Shown here piece after piece: positions 16,940-26,570 of a stretch of 33,022 bases of DNA. Within the stretch, counting starts at the first letter, position 1. The number at the start of each line of letters is the position of its first letter. Origin of the DNA: Pseudobdellovibrionaceae bacterium (lineage in GTDB: Bacteria > Bdellovibrionota > Bdellovibrionia > Bdellovibrionales > Bdellovibrionaceae); NCBI GenBank assembly GCA_039810425.1, contig JBDHWW010000034.1, positions 1 to 33,022 of the forward strand. Reading direction: 5' to 3'. The translations under genes were made by a program, and so were the position numbers. Under the pieces are notes generated by a model. The model ran no database searches and was not told the DNA's origin. It saw only the letters and a list, made by a program, of their open reading frames with translations.

Positions 16940-17848
16940 ATGCAAGATAAAATTCAAAACGTTATCGCTGAAGCCTCGCAAATTCTGCTGGATAAAAAAG
17001 CCGAGATTGAGAAATCCGTGCTCTGCATTTTGGCTCAGGGGCATTTACTGATCGAGGACGTTCCGGGCGTTGGCAAAACCACGCTGGTCCAGTTGCTATC
17101 ACGCTTGATGGGTCTGCAGAGTTCACGGGTGCAATTCACTAATGACCTTTTGCCGGCCGATGTGCTGGGCAATATGGTTTATGATACTGATAAAAGAGAA
17201 TTTAGATTTCATAGAGGCCCCGTGTTTGCGCAGCTCGTTTTGGCCGACGAACTCAACCGCGCCAATCCTCGTACACAGAGCGCTTTGCTGCAAGCCATGG
17301 AGGAAAGCGAAGTGACTCTGGATGGAGAGCACTTTCCTTTGCCGGGGCCGTTCTGTTTGATTGCGACGCAAAATCCGCGTTCGCAGATCGGGACCTCCCC
17401 GCTGCCCGAAAGCCAGCTCGATCGCTTTTTAATGAGCCTTGAACTTTCACACGCAAACCCACAGGCCGAGATTAAAATCATTCAAGGCCTGGATGCGCGT
17501 GAAAAGTTAAAGTCGGTGAAAGCTATTTTAAGCGCCCATGATGTGATCGCCATTCAGCAAGCGGTGACCGAAGTGCATGTGTCTGAAAAAGTTGCGTCTT
17601 ACATCAGTGCTTTGTTGCAAAAGAGCCGCCAAAAAAGCCACACGCCGCTTTCTATCCGTGCCGGGATGGCGCTTGCAAAGGCCGGCCGCGCCTGCGCGTT
17701 CTTGGATAAACGCGATCATGTGCTGCCGGATGATATTCAAAAAATCGCCCTCGAAGTTCTTGCTCATCGTTTAGGAAGCATCGAAGGCGTTGCCAAAGGA
17801 CGGGGGCTTGCCCATGAACTACTTCGCGAAGTTGCGGTCCTCTCCTAA
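16940..17848 (+). CDS. moxR: MoxR family AAA+ ATPase
   Basis: HLLIEDVPGVGKT, RVQFTNDLLPAD, LADELNRA, ATQNP, LPESQLDRF. Confidence 0.93.
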   Translation: MQDKIQNVIAEASQILLDKKAEIEKSVLCILAQGHLLIEDVPGVGKTTLVQLLSRLMGLQSSRVQFTNDLLPADVLGNMVYDTDKREFRFHRGPVFAQLVLADELNRANPRTQSALLQAMEESEVTLDGEHFPLPGPFCLIATQNPRSQIGTSPLPESQLDRFLMSLELSHANPQAEIKIIQGLDAREKLKSVKAILSAHDVIAIQQAVTEVHVSEKVASYISALLQKSRQKSHTPLSIRAGMALAKAGRACAFLDKRDHVLPDDIQKIALEVLAHRLGSIEGVAKGRGLAHELLREVAVLS

Positions 17849-18713
17849 ATTCAGGGAAAAGCACGAAAAGACCTACATCATGCCGACTCTTTACGGAGTT
17901 GCCTTTGGTTTCATTTGTCTATTGTTGTTTGGTATCGGTTTTGCCAGCACCAACAACGCGGTCTATTTTTTGTGTTTCTTTATGGTGGCGCTTGGCAGCC
18001 AGAGCCTTATTCTCACCAACCGAACAACGGATAAGATTAAAATCGCCCAGTCGTCAGCCGAAGACTTCTTTGCCGATGAAACCGGCCGCCTTCGTTTAGC
18101 ACTTCATAATCCGACCCGGGAGGATCTTCAGAATCTTCAATTGTCGCTGTCGAAAGAATCTGTTCTTGAGGTCACGCGTCTTCGTGCCGGCGAGCGCCGC
18201 GAAGCCAGCGTTCCGCTGTTTATGAAAGAGCCCGGAATTTACAAGCTCCCGCGCTTAAGCATCTCGTCGGATTTTCCCTATCACTTTTCGCGCAGCTGGA
18301 AGAAGCACCAGCTCGAGATTTCAGTTTGTGTCTTCCCGGCTCGCCGGGGTGCCGCCTCCTTTCCCACAGCGGCTTATACCTCACGCAATGCCGAGAGTTT
18401 GAACCTGGACGATTTCAAAGGTCACCGCGATTACCAAGAAAGCGACTCGCCTCGGAGTATTGACTGGAAGGTCACCGCCCGCGTTCAAGAACTCATGGTA
18501 AAAGAATACGATCCCCACTCATCACAAAAGCTCACTCTGCGCTGGCAAGACTGTGCTCAAACTTCGGATACTGACAAGAAGTCACAACTGAGTCTATGGA
18601 TTGATCTCGCGGAAAAAAACAACTTTGAGTACGCCCTGGAACTACCGACCCGCTATATCGGCTATTCTCGCGGGCGGCAGCACCGTGATGAGTGCTTGAG
18701 GGCCCTCCTATGA
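17814..18713 (+). CDS. DUF58 domain protein
   Basis: N-terminal TM hairpin; DFKGHRDYQESDSPRSIDWK..AR...LMVKEY; overlaps moxR. Confidence 0.9.
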   Translation: MNYFAKLRSSPKFREKHEKTYIMPTLYGVAFGFICLLLFGIGFASTNNAVYFLCFFMVALGSQSLILTNRTTDKIKIAQSSAEDFFADETGRLRLALHNPTREDLQNLQLSLSKESVLEVTRLRAGERREASVPLFMKEPGIYKLPRLSISSDFPYHFSRSWKKHQLEISVCVFPARRGAASFPTAAYTSRNAESLNLDDFKGHRDYQESDSPRSIDWKVTARVQELMVKEYDPHSSQKLTLRWQDCAQTSDTDKKSQLSLWIDLAEKNNFEYALELPTRYIGYSRGRQHRDECLRALL

Positions 18714-20575
18714 ACTCTTGGCGCCTGCTGATAGGCCTTGGCATCGGTATTTTCATGGTGGGGCTCGAGGTCGAATCCTGGATCCTTTCGGTCTGTTTGT
18801 TTTTCCTTGCTTGGAAAAGCGCCATCGAATTATGGCATATGCAAAAACCACCGCGCTGGTTTATCAATGCGCTTGTAGTGGCATTTCTGTCGATTCTTTG
18901 GTTTCGCTATAAAACCATTTTTGGCCAGGATGCATCTTCGAGTTTTCTGATTATTCTCGCGAGCCTCAAACTCCTTGAAGAGAGAACATTGCGCGATCAA
19001 AAATTTTTATTTCTTTTGGGCTTTGTTCTGCTCTCGGCATTGTTCTTATTCTCGATTGAAGCCCCGTCGCTCATCAGTGGTATCGCGTGCTTCTTTTTTT
19101 TATGGAGCGCTCAAGGCCGCGAAATCAAATACTCGTCTGTGTTTCTAAAGTCTCTGCCACTGGCCCTGTTTTTATTCTTGTTCTTCCCACGCTTGCAAAA
19201 TCCCTTTGGCCTGCAAGGATTCGCTTCGCCTCAGGGCTCTACCGGCTTCTCAGATGAGTTAAATCCTGGCAGCATTTCGCGCATTCAAAATTCTAAAGAA
19301 GTCGCATTCCGCGTGCAGTTTGTCGGTGACAAAAAGTATCGCCCGCACGATCAGTACTGGCGCGGTCAGGTTCTGACTCTGTCAGAGGGCCTTCGCTGGA
19401 TAAAGCCGGCCGTCCCGACCCTTGAGCGCGTCTTCGATAAGCTAGCACGGGCTGACTATGAGGTCGCCCTCGAACCTCAGGGGAAACGCTGGCTCTTTGT
19501 TTGGGAACCGACAAGTGGGATTCAAACCACGCGTACGTCTTTTGTATTAAAGCGCGGTCAGTACTATGAAAGTGTTGCGCCAATCTACGAACGCCTGACT
19601 TACCAAGGAAGCATTGGCGCCGACTCCGGCGCCATGGCCGCGGAAAAATCCGACCTGCAAGCCCCGCAAGTGAGCCTTAGAATCCGAGAACTCGTAAATA
19701 GTTTCGTCGCAGGTTCTCCGAATCGCGAAGCTATCAGCGAAAAGATCTTGGCTTATTTTAAAGAGCAGAAATTCACTTACACGAAATCTCCGGGAACAGG
19801 AAGCGCCACGCTTGACGCTTTTATTTTTGAAGGCAAAAAAGGTTACTGCGAGCACTACGCCGCGACTTTTGCAACCTTGCTGAGACTTGCCGGCGTCCCT
19901 GCTCGCTTGGTGACCGGCTATCAAGGAGGCGAGTACAATACCTACGGCAAATTCTGGAAGTTCAGCCAGTCCGATGCGCATGCATGGACCGAGTACTTGA
20001 GCGAGGACGGCAAATGGCTGCGTATTGATCCGACAAGCGCTGTCGCGCCGGAGCGCCTTGAGCTTGGTGGCGTGATGTTTGAGGACCTCCCCGAAGAGTG
20101 GATCGGCCAAAACAAGGCACAGGAGTATTTAAAAACCCGCGAAGCCTGGTGGATTCAAGCCCGCGAGACGGCTTTACATAGCATTGAGAGTCTCAACTAC
20201 GAACTGGTTTTATTCCTGATTGATTTCAATCTCGAGAAGCAAAAAGAAATCTTCACGGAGTACCGTTTCTGGGTCTTTGGCACCGGCGTTTTGCTGATTG
20301 GCTTGTTCCTTTTTCAATCCTTCTATCACCGCGACCGCCGTACCTATGCCGAATGGCTGCTCGCCGAACTGGAGAAAAGGGCCGCGCGTGCAAACCTGCA
20401 CCGCGAACCTTCGGAAACCCTGAGACAGTTTGTCAATCGCTGGAAAAAATCCCGCCCGGATCTGCGCGAAAGTCTTGAAAAGCTCTTAACCGCGTATGAG
20501 ACCAGTCAGTACGCCACGGACACGCCGAAACTCTCCGCTAAAGACGTGCGCCAGGTTTTGAAAGGTCTCAAATAA
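18710..20575 (+). CDS. TgpA-like membrane transglutaminase-domain protein (DUF3488 + TGase + C-terminal domain)
   Basis: Multi-TM N-terminus, FFPR, GFSD..PG, YWRG; Cys-His-Asp triad GYCEHYA / HAWTE / IDPT; ATGA overlap. Confidence 0.92.
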   Translation: MNSWRLLIGLGIGIFMVGLEVESWILSVCLFFLAWKSAIELWHMQKPPRWFINALVVAFLSILWFRYKTIFGQDASSSFLIILASLKLLEERTLRDQKFLFLLGFVLLSALFLFSIEAPSLISGIACFFFLWSAQGREIKYSSVFLKSLPLALFLFLFFPRLQNPFGLQGFASPQGSTGFSDELNPGSISRIQNSKEVAFRVQFVGDKKYRPHDQYWRGQVLTLSEGLRWIKPAVPTLERVFDKLARADYEVALEPQGKRWLFVWEPTSGIQTTRTSFVLKRGQYYESVAPIYERLTYQGSIGADSGAMAAEKSDLQAPQVSLRIRELVNSFVAGSPNREAISEKILAYFKEQKFTYTKSPGTGSATLDAFIFEGKKGYCEHYAATFATLLRLAGVPARLVTGYQGGEYNTYGKFWKFSQSDAHAWTEYLSEDGKWLRIDPTSAVAPERLELGGVMFEDLPEEWIGQNKAQEYLKTREAWWIQARETALHSIESLNYELVLFLIDFNLEKQKEIFTEYRFWVFGTGVLLIGLFLFQSFYHRDRRTYAEWLLAELEKRAARANLHREPSETLRQFVNRWKKSRPDLRESLEKLLTAYETSQYATDTPKLSAKDVRQVLKGLK

Positions 20576-20680
20576 AAAACCAGCCCATTACGGGGCGGAG
20601 CTTGCGGGAAAGCGAGGCACCAGGCGGTATGCTCCCAAATCTGGATAAAATATGTGAGTCCTCTATGTGCGCAGGATGAA

Positions 20681-22306
20681 CTAAGGCTTCTTCTGAGAAA
20701 GATAATAGTCCCAAGTTCCGTCGTAAGTCGTTAGATGGCTCTTATCCACTTCAAATACTCGCGTCGTAATTTCACGCAAGAAATGTCTATCATGGCTTAC
20801 GATCATGACGGTGCCCGGGAAGGTCTTAATTGCTTCGAGCAAAACTTCGCGTGACACGATATCCAAGTGATTCGTCGGCTCGTCCAGCACGAGGAAATTC
20901 ACGGGCTTTGCAAGGATCGTTGCAAGAGCCACCCGGCTCTTTTCACCACCCGACAAAACAGAAATTTTCTTATCCGCTTCTTCACCACTGAACTTGAACG
21001 CGCCCAAAAGATTTCTCACAAAACCTACCGTGGAGTTCGGGATACGTGAGTGAACTTCTTCGATGATGGTCGCATTTGGATCCAACACATCCAGAGAGTT
21101 TTGCGAGAAATAGCCCATGGAAATCGAAGCACCCAAGTTACAAACGCCGCTCGTAAGATCCGTCTGACCCGTAATAATTTTAAGCAACGTCGATTTACCG
21201 GCACCATTCACACCGACAACCGCAACGCGGTCTAAACGCTTCACAAGAGCACTGGCATTTTCAAAAACCAGCTTCTCTTTGCCATCGTCGCGTTTGTAAA
21301 TCTTTGTGAGGCTTTCAAACTTCACGACTTCATCACCGCCACGAGGTGGCTCGGCCCATTCGAACTTGATCGCTTTTTCTTCTGCCGGAATTTCGATCCG
21401 GTCGATTTTTTCAAGTTTTTTGACCCGCGACTGAACTTGAGCCGCATGCGAGGCACGCGCAGCGAAGCGGGCAATAAATTCTTCCTCTTTCGCGAGCATG
21501 TCTTCTTGGCGTTTGGCAGCCGCAATCAACTGCTCAAGACGAATCGCTTTTTCTTTTTCATAGAAATCATAATTGCCACCGAAAGTTGTGATAGTCTTGT
21601 TGGCAACTTCGACGACTTTGCTCACCAGACGATTCATAAAATCGCGATCATGCGAAGTCATCATCAGTGCGCCTTTAAAATTCGATAGCCACTCCTCCAG
21701 CCAAATAATGGATTCCATGTCCAAGTGATTCGTCGGCTCATCCATCAGCAAAACATCCGGGTTCAAAGCCAGGATCTTTGCCAAGGCAATGCGCATCTTC
21801 CAACCGCCTGAAAAACTCTCAGTCGGGCGATGATAATCTTCAGGACCGATGCCAAGGCCCGTAAGGATTTCAGCCGCACGCGTATCGAGATCATAGCCGC
21901 CTAAACGCTCATATTCGGCCTGAACTTCGCCATAGTTTTCGAGTAATTTTGCCATGACATCGTCATCGATCGGATTCACTGCTGAATCCTCAAGCTGTTG
22001 CTCATAAGCTTTTAATTTTGCACCCAACTCAGGCAGCGTGCCGGCAGCGGATTTAACCTCTTCCAGGGCGCTACGGCCGCGCATATCTTCGATATTTTGA
22101 GAGAAATAACCAATAACGGTTCTGTCAGACTTGGAGACCATGCCCTCATAGCCCTCCTCCCCGGTAATCACGCGGAAAATCGTTGTTTTACCGGCGCCGT
22201 TAGGGCCGACGAGACCGATTTTCTCTCCGTCATTGATCTGGAAAGAGGCATTTTTGTAGAGGATTTTACTACCGTATTGTTTAGTGATATTTGAGAGATG
22301 GATCAT
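20681..22306 (-). CDS. ABC-F family ribosome-associated ATPase
   Basis: Start moved to ATG 22306. Two ABC domains (GPNGAGKT/FSGGW/DEPTNHLD and GVNGAGKS/LSGGEK/DEPTNHLD), linker FIARF.A.A..AAQVQSR, no TM segments. Confidence 0.94.
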   Translation of the reverse strand: MIHLSNITKQYGSKILYKNASFQINDGEKIGLVGPNGAGKTTIFRVITGEEGYEGMVSKSDRTVIGYFSQNIEDMRGRSALEEVKSAAGTLPELGAKLKAYEQQLEDSAVNPIDDDVMAKLLENYGEVQAEYERLGGYDLDTRAAEILTGLGIGPEDYHRPTESFSGGWKMRIALAKILALNPDVLLMDEPTNHLDMESIIWLEEWLSNFKGALMMTSHDRDFMNRLVSKVVEVANKTITTFGGNYDFYEKEKAIRLEQLIAAAKRQEDMLAKEEEFIARFAARASHAAQVQSRVKKLEKIDRIEIPAEEKAIKFEWAEPPRGGDEVVKFESLTKIYKRDDGKEKLVFENASALVKRLDRVAVVGVNGAGKSTLLKIITGQTDLTSGVCNLGASISMGYFSQNSLDVLDPNATIIEEVHSRIPNSTVGFVRNLLGAFKFSGEEADKKISVLSGGEKSRVALATILAKPVNFLVLDEPTNHLDIVSREVLLEAIKTFPGTVMIVSHDRHFLREITTRVFEVDKSHLTTYDGTWDYYLSQKKP

Positions 22307-22433
22307 GAACGACAAGGTACGGGGTTTCCCGCCTATTTGCAAGACAGCCGCTGAATAAAATACAGCTTTCATTATTTTAAGGCGAAGAGCTTGAAAATAG
22401 TCTAAATTACTGTTTTCTTTTCGAAAGGTCCCC

Positions 22434-24311
22434 ATGCAATCTGAGTCAAACTCCGACAACTCTGCTCCTGTTGAATCCACTCCAAATTCCTTTGAAGCCT
22501 TCGGTCTCAGCGCTGATCTTATGAGAGCTATGAACGAGATGGGATTCACTTCGGCGACTCCTATCCAAGAAAAAGCGATCCCTATGCTCTTGAGTGAAGC
22601 GCAAGACATGATCGGTTTGGCGTCTACAGGCACCGGTAAAACAGCGGCTTTCGGAATCCCTTTGATTGAAAAAATCGATGCGAGCTTAAAATCAACCCAA
22701 GGCCTGGTCCTGAGCCCGACGCGTGAGTTGGCCCTTCAAGTGGCGGATCAATTGCAAAAGCTTGGTAAGTATAAAGGCGTTCGTGTTGTTACTATTTACG
22801 GCGGCTCTAGTTATCGCACTCAAATGGAGGGCGTTAAACGTGGAGCTCATATCGTGGTGGCGACGCCCGGCCGCCTGGTTGACTTCTTGGAGCAAAAAGT
22901 TGTTCAGCTGACAAACGTCCAGACTCTTGTTTTGGACGAAGCCGATGAGATGATCAGCATGGGTTTCAAAGATGACCTCGAGTTCATCTTAAAGCACACA
23001 CACAATGAAAACGCGGCGGCTTCTGGCCGTGCGGCTTGCAAAACTTGGCTGTTCTCCGCGACTATGAGCCGCGATATCCGCCGTGTCGCCGATGCTTATT
23101 TGGAAAATCCCGAAACGATTGAGATCGCAAAATCACAAGGGATGTCCGACCTCGTGAAACAGCTTTACTACACCGTCAAAGACGAACACAAAAATGAAGT
23201 GATCAGCCGTCTTTTGCAAATGTACGACGATTTCCACGGTATCATCTTCTGCCAAACGAAAATGGAAGTGATCGAACTTGAAGCGAAACTGCAACAACGC
23301 GGCTACTCGGTGGCTTCATTGCATGGTGATAAGCAGCAACGTGAGCGTGAAATCACCCTTAAAAAATTCCGTTCTGGCGAAGCTAAAGTGTTGGTTGCGA
23401 CAGACGTTGCAGCCCGCGGTTTAGACGTCAAAGATCTTACTCACGTTATCAATCACTCGTTGCCATGGGATGTCGAGTCTTACGTTCACCGTATCGGCCG
23501 CACAGGCCGTAACGGTAAAGAAGGGATTGCGATCAGCTTGATCAATCCGCGCCAAGTCAGCTCTTTGCGCCGATTGCAAAACGTGACGAAGAAGACTTTG
23601 CAAAAAGGCAAGATTCCCACTGCGGACGAAGTGGCACTCACTCGTTTGCAGAAGTTCATGGGTCAATTGACGGGCGTGCCGACAGAGGGCCGTAAGTATC
23701 AATTGGCTTTGGAAATGTTTAAAGAGCTTGTGCAGAAGGATGAAACCGGCTTGATGACTTTGGCTTCGCCTGAGTTGCTCGCCCGAGTGATTACCGCTTT
23801 GCATCCTGAAATCTTGGCTGAAAAAGACTACGATCTCGATTTCATGAAGGGCGGCCTTGAGCAACGTCGTGACCGCGGCGATCGCCGTGACGACCGTGGC
23901 GGCCGTACCTTGAGCGGCGGCTACCGCAACGATTCACGTGGTGGTGGGTATGCACGCCGTGACCGTGGTGAGCGTACGGAGCGCCCAAGAGAAAACTTCG
24001 GCCCCCGCGCGGATCGCGGTGGCTATATCCCACGTTCTGAGCGTAAGGATGGCTCTGCGTACATCCCCCGTGGCGAGCGCAAAGAAGGTTCTAGCCTACA
24101 TCGTGACCGCAGTAGTTCCGATGATTCTTACCCACGTCGTGACCGTGGCCCCCGTTTTGATGGCTTCGACTTTGGCGATGGAGGCTCTGAAGGCGGCCGC
24201 AAAGAAAAGAAATCTTTCAGCAGCGACCGCCCAAAGCGCGCTGACCACCCTGGCGTAAAACGCCACAAAAGCGGCGGCTTCAAACGCCGTCCTGCCCGCG
24301 ACAACGCCTAA
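22434..24311 (+). CDS. DEAD-box RNA helicase (DeaD/CsdA-like) with RG/RD-rich disordered tail
   Basis: Q motif TPIQ, TGTGKT, PTRELA, TPGR, DEAD, SAT, ARGLD, HRIGRTGR. Confidence 0.95.
   Translation: MQSESNSDNSAPVESTPNSFEAFGLSADLMRAMNEMGFTSATPIQEKAIPMLLSEAQDMIGLASTGTGKTAAFGIPLIEKIDASLKSTQGLVLSPTRELALQVADQLQKLGKYKGVRVVTIYGGSSYRTQMEGVKRGAHIVVATPGRLVDFLEQKVVQLTNVQTLVLDEADEMISMGFKDDLEFILKHTHNENAAASGRAACKTWLFSATMSRDIRRVADAYLENPETIEIAKSQGMSDLVKQLYYTVKDEHKNEVISRLLQMYDDFHGIIFCQTKMEVIELEAKLQQRGYSVASLHGDKQQREREITLKKFRSGEAKVLVATDVAARGLDVKDLTHVINHSLPWDVESYVHRIGRTGRNGKEGIAISLINPRQVSSLRRLQNVTKKTLQKGKIPTADEVALTRLQKFMGQLTGVPTEGRKYQLALEMFKELVQKDETGLMTLASPELLARVITALHPEILAEKDYDLDFMKGGLEQRRDRGDRRDDRGGRTLSGGYRNDSRGGGYARRDRGERTERPRENFGPRADRGGYIPRSERKDGSAYIPRGERKEGSSLHRDRSSSDDSYPRRDRGPRFDGFDFGDGGSEGGRKEKKSFSSDRPKRADHPGVKRHKSGGFKRRPARDNA
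24024..24095 (+). repeat. Diverged in-frame 36-nt tandem duplication in the helicase tail
   Basis: YIPRSERKDGSA / YIPRGERKEGSS, units at 24024-24059 and 24060-24095. Confidence 0.7.
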
Positions 24312-24399
24312 GACAGGTGGACACCACAACAGGCCTCCCGTTTGTGGTGCTGGTTCGCAGGCGCCGAGCAAAATTGGTTTTACTTGCTTAGAGGCCATG

Positions 24400-25098
24400 T
24401 CAGTGCTGAGTGACCGAAGTGCTTTCTTGGACCTCGGGGGTTTGCTGTTGGGCCTGCATATGAGGACGACCTTCGCCCTCTCGGGCCTTAAACATTGCTT
24501 GGGCGTAAACTAAACCTTGGCCGTAGGCTCCCAAATGATGAAGAGCGATGTCGCGCACCTTGCCCGCCGTTTCTTTACGGGCCCAGTCGCGCTGCCACTC
24601 ACACATCACCTGGGACCACGTCAATGCGGGTGCCCCCGCTTGAATCATGCGCTGGCAACCCATTTGATGCGTCTCTAGCGTCTGCCCACCCGAGGCATCC
24701 GCTACGAAGGCCACGTCGTAGCCGTCGTCGAGCGCGTACAACACCGGGAATACCAAACAGATCTCCGTCCACAAGCCCGCCATAATAATTCGATTTCGGC
24801 CCGTCGCCTTGATCGCTTCAACGAATTTTTCATCCTCCCACGCGTTCATCGACGTGCGATCCACTGGCTCCTGCTCTGGAAAGACTGCCTGCAGTTCCGG
24901 AAAAAGCGGGCCCGCAAAATTCTTAGAGCCAATCGTGCTTAAAATCGTCGGAATGTTGAACGCCTTTGCGGCCTTCGCCAGCCCCACCACGTTATTGATC
25001 ACCAACTGGCGGTCATGGGATTGCACCGCAAATAACATCTGCGGTTGATAGTCGATCAAAGCTAAACAACACTCCTCAGGAGCGAACAAGCTGTCCAT
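24400..25098 (-). CDS. Isochorismatase-like cysteine hydrolase (YcaC subfamily)
   Basis: Start moved to ATG 25098; LIDYQPQM, DRTSMNAWED, GLWTEIC, DASGG, EWQRDWAR. Confidence 0.9.
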   Translation of the reverse strand: MDSLFAPEECCLALIDYQPQMLFAVQSHDRQLVINNVVGLAKAAKAFNIPTILSTIGSKNFAGPLFPELQAVFPEQEPVDRTSMNAWEDEKFVEAIKATGRNRIIMAGLWTEICLVFPVLYALDDGYDVAFVADASGGQTLETHQMGCQRMIQAGAPALTWSQVMCEWQRDWARKETAGKVRDIALHHLGAYGQGLVYAQAMFKAREGEGRPHMQAQQQTPEVQESTSVTQH

Positions 25099-25197
25099 AA
25101 AAAATCCTTTCCCTAGGTTTTTGTCTATTGCGCGGCAGTCTCTAAGTATTAGCAATACGGAGGGTTTCCAATTTTTGGATTTTTTCTTCTCAACAGC

Positions 25198-25226
25198 TTG
25201 CAATATAGGGTACCCCCCTATATTAT
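25198..25226 (+). promoter_or_regulatory. Sigma70 promoter with CsoR/RcnR-type operator in the spacer
   Basis: -35 TTGCAA (25198-25203), 17 nt, -10 TATTAT (25221-25226). Inverted repeat AATATAGGG/CCCTATATT (25202-25210/25216-25224) around a C6 tract. Confidence 0.85.
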
Positions 25227-25246
25227 AGAAAGCCGGAGGATTTGCC

Positions 25247-25519
25247 ATGGCACACACTCTCAAAGACAAGGATCGCGTGATTGGTCGGGTTCATCGCCTT
25301 CAGGGACAATTAAAATCCGTGACCAATGCCCTGGAAAACGAAGATGATTGTTATAAAGTCATGCTGACTCTGGCTTCTTGCCGTGGTGCCCTGAACGGAT
25401 TGATGTCTGACATAATGGAAGACCACATCCGCGAGCATATCGGCACAGCTAAGAATAGCAAAGAAGCGGCACAGGCCAGTGAAGAGGCCATTGAAATTCT
25501 CAGAAGTTTTTGGAAATAG
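25247..25519 (+). CDS. CsoR/RcnR family metal-sensing repressor (RcnR/DmeR type)
   Basis: H3-C35-H60-H64 fingerprint at the same positions as RcnR; RVHRLQGQL and CRGALNGL; GGAGG RBS. Confidence 0.9.
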   Translation: MAHTLKDKDRVIGRVHRLQGQLKSVTNALENEDDCYKVMLTLASCRGALNGLMSDIMEDHIREHIGTAKNSKEAAQASEEAIEILRSFWK

Positions 25520-25528
25520 GGGTTCATC

Positions 25529-26470
25529 ATGTCAGGCGGCCATTCACACTCTCACAGCAGTCACTCGCACAGCCACAGCCACGCGGCTCCGAAAACTTTC
25601 GATCGCGCCTTTGCGATCGGAATCGGGCTCAATTTTCTTTTTGTGGTGGTTGAAGCGACTTATGGTTTCATCGCCGACTCGTTGGCGCTTGTCGCCGATG
25701 CCGGCCACAATCTGAGCGACGTGATCGGCCTTATCCTTGCCTGGGGCGCCGTCTGGCTTTCGCGCAGGAGGCCGAACAATCGTTATACCTATGGTCTTCG
25801 CCGCTCATCGATTTTGTCCGCGCTCTTAAACGCCGTTCTTTTATTGGTTGCCGTGGGCGGCATTGCTTGGGAGGGTGTTCGCCGCTTCTGGCATCCCACC
25901 GAAATACAAACCGGCACAGTGATGGCGGTTGCCGCCGTCGGTATCCTGATCAACGGCTTTACGGCGCTCCTCTTTATGTCAGGCCGTAAAGAAGACATCA
26001 ACATCCGCGGCGCTTATTTGCACATGGCCGCCGACGCCCTGGTTTCTGTCGGCGTTGTCATTGCAGGGTTTATCATTCAAAAGACCGATGCCTTGTGGAT
26101 TGACCCGGCGATCAGTATCGTGATCGCGATGATTATTACCTGGGGCACCTGGAGCCTGCTCAAAGAGTCTGTGAATATGGCAATGGACGCTGTTCCTAAC
26201 GGTATTCATCTTCCGGATGTGCGCCAGTACTTTACACAACTCATGGGTGTGATTGAAGTGCATGATCTTCATGTCTGGTCGATGAGCACCACGGAAAACG
26301 CCCTCACCGTGCACTTGGTGATGGATAAACAGCATCATACGGACGCCTTTCTTGCGATGGTCAGCAAAGAACTTAAAGAAAATTTCAAGATCGGCCATCC
26401 CACAATCCAAGTTGAATCCGGCGATCTTGAAAATTTCAACTGCGCACTTAAGCCCGATGAAGTTGTCTAG
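25529..26470 (+). CDS. Cation diffusion facilitator (CzcD/ZitB-like) with His-rich N-terminus
   Basis: (HS)n N-terminus; SLALVADAGHNLSD, YTYG..R, AYLHMAAD, VHDLHVW, HPTIQVE. Confidence 0.93.
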   Translation: MSGGHSHSHSSHSHSHSHAAPKTFDRAFAIGIGLNFLFVVVEATYGFIADSLALVADAGHNLSDVIGLILAWGAVWLSRRRPNNRYTYGLRRSSILSALLNAVLLLVAVGGIAWEGVRRFWHPTEIQTGTVMAVAAVGILINGFTALLFMSGRKEDINIRGAYLHMAADALVSVGVVIAGFIIQKTDALWIDPAISIVIAMIITWGTWSLLKESVNMAMDAVPNGIHLPDVRQYFTQLMGVIEVHDLHVWSMSTTENALTVHLVMDKQHHTDAFLAMVSKELKENFKIGHPTIQVESGDLENFNCALKPDEVV

Positions 26471-26535
26471 ACCGGCAAACTCATAAACGCTGGAGTTTTA
26501 GTTTCCGTCGAACTTTTACTCAGGCATTTTTTTCT

Positions 26536-26562
26536 TCAGTCCTTTGGGCCTGCCTCCGAAAA
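26536..26562 (+). promoter_or_regulatory. Possible sigma28-type promoter, leaderless geometry
   Basis: TCAG-N15-TCCGAAAA, 8 nt before ATG 26571; no SD. Confidence 0.35.
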
Positions 26563-26570
26563 GTCCAGTG

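Noticed and set aside
20592..20637. tRNA/tmRNA-like fragment (GGGGC...CTCCCA)
   Set aside because: Too short, with no T-loop GTTC and no cloverleaf.
22307..22633. 109-aa N-terminal extension of the ABC-F ORF
   Set aside because: Overlaps the divergent helicase gene and the shared promoter region; the ABC domain begins at Met 22306.
24322..24349. Hairpin CACCACAA/TTGTGGTG after the helicase
   Set aside because: No U-tract on either strand, so it cannot be called a terminator with confidence.
25099..25269. N-terminal extension of the YcaC-like ORF
   Set aside because: Runs across the RcnR operator/promoter and start codon; family similarity starts at Met 25098.
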